Shown: positions 56,731-64,000 of the stretch, one piece after another
Layout: each line of letters begins with the position of its first letter
Numbering within the stretch: position 1 is the stretch's first letter
Source: an uncultured Treponemataceae bacterium
Lineage (GTDB): Bacteria > Spirochaetota > Spirochaetia > Treponematales > UBA12059
Length of the DNA: 64,000 bases
Direction: 5' to 3'
Assembly (NCBI GenBank): GCA_964485395.1
Contig: CAZAJF010000006.1
Span: 41,195-105,194, forward strand
Position numbers and translations under genes: made by a program
Notes under the pieces: generated by a model
Database searches by the model: none
Told to the model about the DNA's origin: nothing
Seen by the model: only the letters and a program-made list of their open reading frames with translations

Positions 56731-58146
56731 TTATTCCTCATCATCGTTTTTTAATCTGCGATTCAACGCTGTTCGTGAGATTCCCAAGAAGCCTGCCGCA
56801 ATTCCTTGATTCCCCCCTGCCCTTTTCAATGCTTCCTGGATTAATTCGTCGCTGAGTTCTTTTAAAGTAGGTAAGACGGTGCGAGAAGAAAAAAACGAGG
56901 TTGTGCCTGCGCTTGAGCGTGCGGGACTATGGCTGTTCTCATAGGCCCCATTCTTAAAGATTCGCGCTTTAAAAGACTCCAAGGGCAGGATGCGTCCTTC
57001 GGCGCGCCCTATGGCGTCATAGATCATCGACTCCAGTTCGCGGATGTTTCCGGGAAAATCCCACGTTAATAAAAGATCATACAACTCTTCGGGTATGGAC
57101 GGTTTTTTCTTTCCGAATTTTCCGGCGGCCTTTTCGGCAAAGTATTCCACGAGCAGGGGGATATCGTCGGGACGTTCGCGAAGCGGCGGAATCCTGATAT
57201 GATGCGTCTCGAGGCGGTAAAACAGATCGAGGCGAAACCTGCCGGAATCGGCGTCAGCCTGAAGGTTTCGGTGCGTCGCGGCCACAATTAGGGCATCCGA
57301 TGGGCGGGTCAGGTCGGAGCCCAGCGGGTAGTAGAGTTTCTGCTCAATCAGGCGCAGCAGCTTTACCTGGCTTTGCGGGGAGAGATCCCCGATTTCGTCC
57401 AGGAACAGCGTTCCTCCCGCAGCCTTCTCGATGAGGCCGGACCTGTCGGTTTCCGCCCCGGTATACGAGCCTTTTTTATGGCCGAACAGCGTGTCGCTGA
57501 ACATGGCATCGTCCAGGCCGGCGATATTCACGGTTACGAGAGGACCCTTCCGCCCCGAGGCGGCATGCACCGCGGCTGCGAACAATTCCTTACCGGTGCC
57601 GGATTCTCCGGTGATGAGGATAGGCTTTTCCGAGCAGGCGATCGCGTCGATATACCTGAATATGGCGATCATGCCGCGATTTCCGGTAATTACCCGGCTG
57701 TAGTAATCGGGCAGGGGACGCTGCTCGCCCAGGAGGCTGTCCTTCAAGGCTTTGTTATCATCCAATAACCTTCCGATCTCCTCCGCGTGCCGTATGCTGG
57801 CTATGAGCCGCGTTGCCTCCGCCGACTTGGGAACATAGTCGAAGGCTCCCGCCTTCATGCAGCGGACGACGATATCCAGATCGTCGACGGCCGTGGCGAC
57901 GATGACGGGCACCTCCGGCCTGCGGCTGTTCATTTCGTCCAGCACCGCGTACCCGTCCACGTCGGGCATGAGCAGATCGAGTATCATGACGATGACCTTG
58001 CGCGACTCCAGAACCTTCCAGACCTGCGAGGCATGTTCGCATAATATTATATCTTCATAACCATTGAAGCGGAGAAGGCGTTCCAGCCGCTTGAGCACCC
58101 CCGTATCGTCGTCGAGAACCAGGATCGCGCCGTTTCGTTCGTTCAT
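56731..58146 (-). CDS. Sigma-54-dependent response regulator (NtrC/Fis family)
   Basis: The receiver is ILVLDDD...DLLMPDVDG. The AAA+ domain has GESGTGKE, a GAFTGA-like GSYTGA, and the ESELFGH equivalent SDTLFGH. The C-terminal Fis HTH is GNQGIAAGFLGISRTAL. Confidence 0.9.
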   Translation of the reverse strand: MNERNGAILVLDDDTGVLKRLERLLRFNGYEDIILCEHASQVWKVLESRKVIVMILDLLMPDVDGYAVLDEMNSRRPEVPVIVATAVDDLDIVVRCMKAGAFDYVPKSAEATRLIASIRHAEEIGRLLDDNKALKDSLLGEQRPLPDYYSRVITGNRGMIAIFRYIDAIACSEKPILITGESGTGKELFAAAVHAASGRKGPLVTVNIAGLDDAMFSDTLFGHKKGSYTGAETDRSGLIEKAAGGTLFLDEIGDLSPQSQVKLLRLIEQKLYYPLGSDLTRPSDALIVAATHRNLQADADSGRFRLDLFYRLETHHIRIPPLRERPDDIPLLVEYFAEKAAGKFGKKKPSIPEELYDLLLTWDFPGNIRELESMIYDAIGRAEGRILPLESFKARIFKNGAYENSHSPARSSAGTTSFFSSRTVLPTLKELSDELIQEALKRAGGNQGIAAGFLGISRTALNRRLKNDDEE

Positions 58147-58147
58147 C

Positions 58148-61100
58148 TCACTTTTCCCCTTCCGATTCCCCGGCTGCCGATTCCCTGTATATGGGGAACG
58201 CGACGGTTACGACCGTGCCGAGGCCCGGCTTGGACTCGATATCTATTTTTCCGCCAAACTCGCGGACGATCCCGGCGACCACGGGAAGGCCGAGGCCAGT
58301 GCCGCCTTTTTCGCGCTTCGTGGTAAAAAACGGATTGAAAATGCAGGCTAGGACTTCCGGGGTCATGCCTATGCCTTGGTCGATAATCGTAATTCCAACC
58401 CGGCCTTCCCGCGAAGCTGCGTCGTTCCCAAGCTCCACGAAGGTGCTTACGGAAACCGGCGCCTCGATGGACGGCAGGCATTGCAATGCGTTTTCCAGGA
58501 TATTCACCACGATTTGCGTAAGTTTCAGCTTGTCGCCCAGGATAAATGGCGGGTTTTGGGCATACGTAGCGGTGAAATTTTTTGAACTTACCGCGATGGA
58601 ATGCTTGAGCAGCCTGACGGCGTACTGCACGGATTGGTTGACGTCGATGGGTCCGAGCCCTTCCTGCCTCGGACCGCGCGCGTATTCCTTGAGATCCTCC
58701 ACGATTTTGCGGATATGCTGGGCACCCATGTAGAGATCGTTGAACATCTCGGGTATTTCATTGCGGAGGTCCGGCACGGAAAATCCGCGAATGCTGAAAT
58801 CGCCCTCGGCAGCGTAGAGTTTTTCAAGGGCGGGTGCAAGCTCCGACCATATTTCCTTCAAGATGGGAACATTGCGCAGGGCCGAGTTGTTGGGAGTGTT
58901 GATTTCATGGGCCACTCCCGCGGTAAGCCATCCCAGCGTCTTGAGCTTGTCGGTTTCGGCCATCTTGTCGCGCTGTTCCCGCTCCCGCCGGACGCTGCGC
59001 CCAAGATCCGCATGCGTCTTTATCTTTGAAAGCAGCTCGACGGCGCCGACGGGCCTGACGATGTAATCGTCGGCTCCCGACTTGAAAACTTCCTCGATTT
59101 CCTCCGGGCGGCCCGCATCAATGAGGATGATGACCGGCAGGGTTTCCCTCGGATAATATTTTCTTAATATTTTGGTGAATTCAAAGCCGCTCATTTCCGG
59201 CATCAAGGAATCCACGAGAACGACATCGCAAAACAATCCGGTTTTCAACGCCTGAATGGCCTGCCACGCGGAGATCTTGGCATACACATTCCAGCCGGCC
59301 GTTTCTATCCTTCTCTTTACGGTAAAGAGGGAAACAGGTTCGTCATCGACGATGAGCACCGAGCAAATGGAGGAGAAACCCCTTTGCTCCCGCTGATCGG
59401 GATGGTCGATTTTTTTTATCGGACTTCCCGCGCTCGACAGCCTCATCCGTTGCGGCAAGCTGGTTTCCGCAGTGGTTTCGGGAGCATCCAGACGCGCTTC
59501 CTGACTGGGGAAATGCTTGGAAAGCGGAAGCTCGAACTGATAGGAAGTGCCTTCGGAATTCCTGTTGTACGCAAATTTTCCACCGATCAAGCTGGCTAGC
59601 CGCGCCGTCAGGGCAAGGTCCATATCTTCTTCGCTATTGGGGCTTTCTTCATTATCCGGCCAGACTATCCCGGGATTGGCCGGACCTCCGCGACTGCCGG
59701 AGAGATCCTTGCCGTTGTCGCTGATTCGCAAAAAAACCATCGAGTCGATCACATACGCCTTGATGCCGATCTCCGTAACGAGCTCCGTTATCGCGGAACG
59801 GTACAAGGTATTGTATATCAGCTGCTGGATCGTTTGAATGTCGTTGACGAGCTCGATGGAGGGAACCGATTGCAGGAAAATAATTTTCCCCGAGGAAGTA
59901 AAATACCTGACCAGTTGAATCGCCGAATTTACGGATGCGGAAAGGCTGAAAGGCTCCGCCGTCAGGTTCCTCGATCCATCCTTGAGGTTGACGTATGAAA
60001 CTATATTGGAGACTATATTCAGTAAATTGACCGCCTCATTTTTGGCAAGGGCGCTGTCCGGGCCGAATCCGGCTCTCTGCGCTCCGCCATCACGGTCTTC
60101 AAGCAGCGAAACGATATGGTTGAGCGGAGAGCTGAGCAGTGCGGCGACAGACGTTATAAAACCTTGCTTTTCCCTCAGAAGCTTCTCTTCCTTCTCGCGC
60201 TGCGCGGAGAATACCAGGTCGCGAATCCTGCCCCATTTCAGGTAGCCGACTATCGATGCGACGGAAATCATGGCCATCGAAAAAAGCATGAGGCCAAACA
60301 AGATCGCGGATCTTAATCCGAAGGGGAATATGGAAGGAAAAAACGTGGCTGCGAACAGGAATAGAGATACGGCGGCATTGCCGCCATAGAGCATAAGATA
60401 GAATATTTCGTAAGGTTTCTCCGAAAAGGAATCTCTGAAACCCCGCATGAGCAGGAGTACGGATGTCGTCAAGACCAGAAAGTAGAGCGCCGCCTCGGAA
60501 AAAGAATATGCCTTTACCACCACTGTGCTGCAAAGGATGAGCGAAAACGAAAGCAGCGCGAAAAGGTACACGAGCTGCACCGAATAAATTTTATTCCAGA
60601 TCGCCGAGAGGAAAAAAATGACCAGCGGATAAAGGCAGGAAACCAGGTAAACCGTAAATAAAATTTCCGACGTGCCAAGCCCGAGAAAGGAAAGGCTTCC
60701 GGAAAACAGCTCGACGGCGCAGAAGATCATCGAGTAGGCCAGGAATAAAATAAAAACCAACGGGTTCCCGAGCTTCTGCATAGTAAGAAAAACAAACGCC
60801 ATGATCACCGAGAACAGCAGTAGAGAATACGCAATGCCGCGCAAGACCGCCCGTCCGATGGTTACCCTCGCGTGCGCTGGAATTTTCTGCAGTTGCATGT
60901 CGGCTATCCAGGTCTTGACGGGGCTCAGCTTGATGAACACGAGCGCGGAACCTTGGATTGAGCCAGAGGGGAGCACATAGTCCGAACGGGAGATTCCGCT
61001 GAAAACCCGTAAGTGCTCCAGAGACGCGTCTTTATATGAAATCCTGGAATTGTATTCGTCCACCACTATCAATTCCGCAAGGTCGGGAGTATCCGCATGA

Positions 61101-61465
61101 ATCGACAGAACGGAACCTTGCCAAGCGCGGTAATCCTGAAAGGGGATCATGAGCCAAAGCGGATTTTCGGCGTAGATTTCCGGCAGCACGCCGGTTTTCA
61201 TGAAATATTCGTCTTTTGAGTATTTCAGCGCAAAAAAGAATTCCAGGCACGAAAGAGAATTCATCGCTGAATAAGGAAGACGCACTCCGCCTTCGTAATG
61301 GATATAGGCGAATGCCGCCACGGATAGCGCTTCCGCTTTTGCGGACAGTACGGGAGGCACCCGGTTCAGGACGGGCAGATCGGACGCGACGGCCTTGGCC
61401 GGCGCCGCGTACATGAAGAGCGGGAATAAAAGCAATGCGAAGGATACGGCGAGTTTTCTGATCAT
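58148..61465 (-). CDS. Large membrane hybrid sensor histidine kinase
   Basis: An N-terminal signal and extracytoplasmic region are followed by ~7 TM segments and a degenerate kinase-like region. The receiver is VLIVDDEPVSL...DSLMPEMSG, the H-box is AGVAHEINTPNN, and the HATPase G-box is GTGLGLPVVAGIV. ATG at 61465 overlaps the upstream stop (ATGA). Confidence 0.8.
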   Translation of the reverse strand: MIRKLAVSFALLLFPLFMYAAPAKAVASDLPVLNRVPPVLSAKAEALSVAAFAYIHYEGGVRLPYSAMNSLSCLEFFFALKYSKDEYFMKTGVLPEIYAENPLWLMIPFQDYRAWQGSVLSIHADTPDLAELIVVDEYNSRISYKDASLEHLRVFSGISRSDYVLPSGSIQGSALVFIKLSPVKTWIADMQLQKIPAHARVTIGRAVLRGIAYSLLLFSVIMAFVFLTMQKLGNPLVFILFLAYSMIFCAVELFSGSLSFLGLGTSEILFTVYLVSCLYPLVIFFLSAIWNKIYSVQLVYLFALLSFSLILCSTVVVKAYSFSEAALYFLVLTTSVLLLMRGFRDSFSEKPYEIFYLMLYGGNAAVSLFLFAATFFPSIFPFGLRSAILFGLMLFSMAMISVASIVGYLKWGRIRDLVFSAQREKEEKLLREKQGFITSVAALLSSPLNHIVSLLEDRDGGAQRAGFGPDSALAKNEAVNLLNIVSNIVSYVNLKDGSRNLTAEPFSLSASVNSAIQLVRYFTSSGKIIFLQSVPSIELVNDIQTIQQLIYNTLYRSAITELVTEIGIKAYVIDSMVFLRISDNGKDLSGSRGGPANPGIVWPDNEESPNSEEDMDLALTARLASLIGGKFAYNRNSEGTSYQFELPLSKHFPSQEARLDAPETTAETSLPQRMRLSSAGSPIKKIDHPDQREQRGFSSICSVLIVDDEPVSLFTVKRRIETAGWNVYAKISAWQAIQALKTGLFCDVVLVDSLMPEMSGFEFTKILRKYYPRETLPVIILIDAGRPEEIEEVFKSGADDYIVRPVGAVELLSKIKTHADLGRSVRREREQRDKMAETDKLKTLGWLTAGVAHEINTPNNSALRNVPILKEIWSELAPALEKLYAAEGDFSIRGFSVPDLRNEIPEMFNDLYMGAQHIRKIVEDLKEYARGPRQEGLGPIDVNQSVQYAVRLLKHSIAVSSKNFTATYAQNPPFILGDKLKLTQIVVNILENALQCLPSIEAPVSVSTFVELGNDAASREGRVGITIIDQGIGMTPEVLACIFNPFFTTKREKGGTGLGLPVVAGIVREFGGKIDIESKPGLGTVVTVAFPIYRESAAGESEGEK

Positions 61466-62205
61466 CCGCGAAGCTCGAACCCCGGGCGGACCCGTCCGGA
61501 AACGAGCGATGCCCTGATTCGCCCCAAATCGGCCAAGCCGTCGGATGTTTTCCATCCGGCATCCAGCTCGAGGATAAACGGCCTTCTTCCGACGTTTTCC
61601 GGATAGTGCGCATCGGACCCTGTTATTACCGTATAACCTTTGGCGGAGCCTTCGACCGGGGCGCGAACCAGCTCCACGGCGGCATACGGGCCTTCAGGAA
61701 GGAATCCCAACTGGGAAATCACCCCGAACATGGGTCTGTCTATGTGGGCGGGTATCACGAGCGCCCCGGTTTCGGAGGCGATGCGGCAGACTTCGTCATA
61801 ACCCATCGTCAAGGAAGATCCAAGGTAATGATCCGGCATTTCCAGGATGTTCTCGTCTTTGTCCACGACGACCTGGTCACCCAGGACCACGGCGTCGTAG
61901 GGCAGCGGAAGCAGGTTGCCCTCGAGGACCCGGCCGAAGCCGAGCGCGGCGTCGGGATCCGCGAAAATGCACAATACGTGGACTTCCTCGGCCGTCGTCA
62001 TTTCCATGCCGAACAGGGGAACGATCCCTTCCGCGCGCGCGCAGTCCAGCCATGCGGGAGCGTTGCGCGCCGAATTGTGATCGGTAAGGGCGACGAGCTC
62101 GAGACCTTTCGCGCGAGCCGCCCTGGCCAGCACCCTGGGAGACATCTCGAGGCTGCCGCACGGGGACAGGCAGGAATGATTATGGAAATCCGAAAGGACG
62201 GTCAT
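61462..62205 (-). CDS. PHP-domain metal-dependent phosphoesterase
   Basis: Motifs DFHNHSCLSPCG, ALTDHNS and IPAHIDR. Confidence 0.8.
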   Translation of the reverse strand: MTVLSDFHNHSCLSPCGSLEMSPRVLARAARAKGLELVALTDHNSARNAPAWLDCARAEGIVPLFGMEMTTAEEVHVLCIFADPDAALGFGRVLEGNLLPLPYDAVVLGDQVVVDKDENILEMPDHYLGSSLTMGYDEVCRIASETGALVIPAHIDRPMFGVISQLGFLPEGPYAAVELVRAPVEGSAKGYTVITGSDAHYPENVGRRPFILELDAGWKTSDGLADLGRIRASLVSGRVRPGFELRG

Positions 62206-62218
62206 TCCGGGATAGGGC

Positions 62219-62557
62219 TCAACTGCTCGGGCGCAGCGTGGAATAAAGCATTCCGGAAACTTCGAACTGCGACTTTGAGGTGCGGAAAATCGCGACCTTC
62301 TCGCTTTTCGCGGCTGCCGTCATGTCCTCGGGGACCGGCCGGTCATTGCAGACGACGACGGCGCAAATCCCCACGAGCGTTGCGACGGCTACGGTATTCT
62401 TGTGGGCCTGGATGGTAATGAGCGCAAAATCGTTTCCGGCCCTTGCCATGACGTCAGAGAGCAGGTCGGACGTGTAGCCGCCGGCGACGGGCCTATCGTC
62501 GAAATCGCCTTGGATTGCCTCGAAGCCGAATCGTGATCCGAACTCGCTAATATTCAT
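62219..62557 (-). CDS. DRTGG-domain protein
   Basis: 112 aa with GYTSDLLSDVMA...ALITIQAHKNTVAVA. This matches the DRTGG small-domain family as I recall it. Confidence 0.6.
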   Translation of the reverse strand: MNISEFGSRFGFEAIQGDFDDRPVAGGYTSDLLSDVMARAGNDFALITIQAHKNTVAVATLVGICAVVVCNDRPVPEDMTAAAKSEKVAIFRTSKSQFEVSGMLYSTLRPSS

Positions 62558-62572
62558 GGAATGCTCCTTGTT

Positions 62573-63499
62573 TCAGATATCGTAGTTTATCTTGACGATT
62601 ACGGTCGTACCCGCGGGCGAGGACTTGATGTCGAAGTCGTTGGCCGAGCGCTTGGCGTTGGGAAGGCCGAGCCCGGCGCCGAATCCGATGGACCTGATCC
62701 ACTCGTTGGCCGTGGAGAATCCCTCGGTAAGGGCAGCCTCCAGGTCGGGGATGCCCGGCCCGGTATCGCGCGCGATAATAGTTATATTTCCTTTTCCTAC
62801 GGAAAATTCCATGACGCCGCCGAGGGAATGTATGACCTGATTCAATTCAAGCTCGTAGCTCGCGACCGCGGCGCGCCGAATCACGGCGGGGTCTATGGAA
62901 AACCCCTTGAGCGCCTTCTTGAGCTCGCCGGAGGCCTTGCCCGCGTTCTCGAAATCGAATTGCCGCGTCGGAAAATACAGGGTTATCACATCAGCCGCGG
63001 CAGGGCTCGTTCCCGAGGTGGCCCGCACGGCCGCCATGTCGGCCTCGAGCCGTTCCACCTCCCGGTTCATTTCCACCAGCAGCACCCGGATTATGTCCGC
63101 CGCCGTGATTATTCCCACGAGCAGCCCGTCCTTGCCGAGGACGGGGAACCTCCGGAACGTATAGCGGTTCAGGTACGAGATGGCGAAGCTGAGCGGCATT
63201 TCTTCCTCGAGCACGATGATGGAAGTGCTCATATGCCGCCCCGCCGCCTCGTTGATGAGCCCTGCGTCCAGCGCCTGGAGGATGTCGCCGATGGTGACGA
63301 TGCCCACCAGGCGGCCGTTCTCCGCGATGGGCACGCCGGTAATCCCATGGTCGCGCATCAAGACCTGGACTTCCCTCATTCCGGAATCGGGAGTGGCGGT
63401 TATGATCGCGTGGGTCATCACGTCGCGGACCTTGAGGCGGTAAATAAGTTCAAGGACGACTTTTGAACCGCCATCGGTATCGATTGGAATGGAAGTCAT
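62573..63499 (-). CDS. CBS-pair protein fused to a GHKL ATPase (anti-sigma/serine-kinase-like) domain
   Basis: Two CBS motifs (VRDVMTHAIITATPD..GITGVPI; RFPVLGKDGLLVGIITAADI) are followed by a C-terminal DTGPGI...GFGAGLGLPNAKR. Confidence 0.75.
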   Translation of the reverse strand: MTSIPIDTDGGSKVVLELIYRLKVRDVMTHAIITATPDSGMREVQVLMRDHGITGVPIAENGRLVGIVTIGDILQALDAGLINEAAGRHMSTSIIVLEEEMPLSFAISYLNRYTFRRFPVLGKDGLLVGIITAADIIRVLLVEMNREVERLEADMAAVRATSGTSPAAADVITLYFPTRQFDFENAGKASGELKKALKGFSIDPAVIRRAAVASYELELNQVIHSLGGVMEFSVGKGNITIIARDTGPGIPDLEAALTEGFSTANEWIRSIGFGAGLGLPNAKRSANDFDIKSSPAGTTVIVKINYDI

Positions 63500-63547
63500 G
63501 ATGCCGTTATTGTCGCACGAAATTTAAAGGTGGACAAGCCGCGGCAA

Positions 63548-64000
63548 TCACCGAACCAGGCATTTTTCCCCGCTGCCTATCAGGTCTTCCCTTCCGGCAA
63601 GGCGCAAAGCCTCGCAGACGAGCGTCCGATTCTCCGGCTTATTGTATTGCAGCAAGGCCCGCTGCAGGGAACGCTCGTGCGCGCCTTTGGCGACATAGAT
63701 CGGCTGACCGCCCATAGGATCCACACCGGTGTGGTACATAGCGCTTGCGAGGGTGCCCGGCGTTGGATAAAAATCCTGTACCTGGTCGGGCACAAAGCCC
63801 GAGTCGCGCAGATATTCCGCGAGGGCGATCGCGTCGTCGAGCGTGGAACCCGGATGCGAGGCGATGAAATACGGTACCAGAAACTGCTTGAGCCCCAGCT
63901 CGCGGTTCAAGGCCGCCCAGCGGTTCGCGAATGCGTCGTAAACCTTCAAGGGAGGCTTTCCCATGATGCGGAGCACGCGGTCGGACACATGCTCGGGGGC
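63548..64000 (-). CDS. ygiQ: YgiQ-family radical SAM protein, C-terminal part (runs off the window)
   Basis: FIASHPGSTLDDAIALAEYLRDSGF.PDQVQDFYPTPGT is the conserved UPF0313 C-terminal region. The reading frame stays open to the window edge. Confidence 0.7.
   Translation of the reverse strand, partial: APEHVSDRVLRIMGKPPLKVYDAFANRWAALNRELGLKQFLVPYFIASHPGSTLDDAIALAEYLRDSGFVPDQVQDFYPTPGTLASAMYHTGVDPMGGQPIYVAKGAHERSLQRALLQYNKPENRTLVCEALRLAGREDLIGSGEKCLVR

Noticed and set aside
1-64000. I looked for CRISPR arrays and rRNA genes.
   Set aside because: No regularly spaced short repeats and no rRNA-like conserved segments were seen anywhere in the window.

Overview
The window has a GC-rich chromosomal backbone (about 55-70% GC in hand-counted lines) at 1-23.4 kb and 49.3-64 kb. 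The backbone looks like an anaerobe. It carries rubrerythrin, desulfoferrodoxin, rubredoxin, radA, malQ, proS, two ankyrin-repeat proteins around a MazEF-like pair and radC, and two sensor-kinase systems, one with a sigma-54-dependent activator. A ~25 kb segment of about 30% GC (23.5-49.3 kb) lies between a + strand initiator-type tRNA-Met and a - strand tRNA-Val(CAC). This island is bracketed by a ~303 bp imperfect direct repeat that starts in the T-arm of tRNA-Met and ends in a decayed tRNA-Val fragment, and further tRNA-Val scars sit next to the intact gene. Its mobility genes are dead: an IS3-like remnant and a frameshifted serine recombinase. Its cargo is unusual. Of roughly 30 ORFs, 12 are enzymes that reverse protein modifications: three Zn-dependent HDAC-type deacetylases (one fused to a STAS domain), a canonical sirtuin, an ADP-ribosylglycohydrolase, and seven metallophosphoesterase-fold proteins (two PPP-type, one catalytically dead). 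These are interleaved with three STAS-like domains and three paralogues of an uncharacterised small protein with a W-L-C-P-V-(F/L)-F motif. I saw no writer enzymes, toxins or phage structural genes. I consider this 'eraser' island, with its thrice-repeated STAS / WLCPV / phosphoesterase module, the best candidate for an undescribed system. The second-best lead is a consensus sigma-54 promoter plus terminator downstream of the NtrC-type regulator, which could define a ~120 nt sRNA. All calls come from reading the sequence and motifs by eye, and no searches were run.
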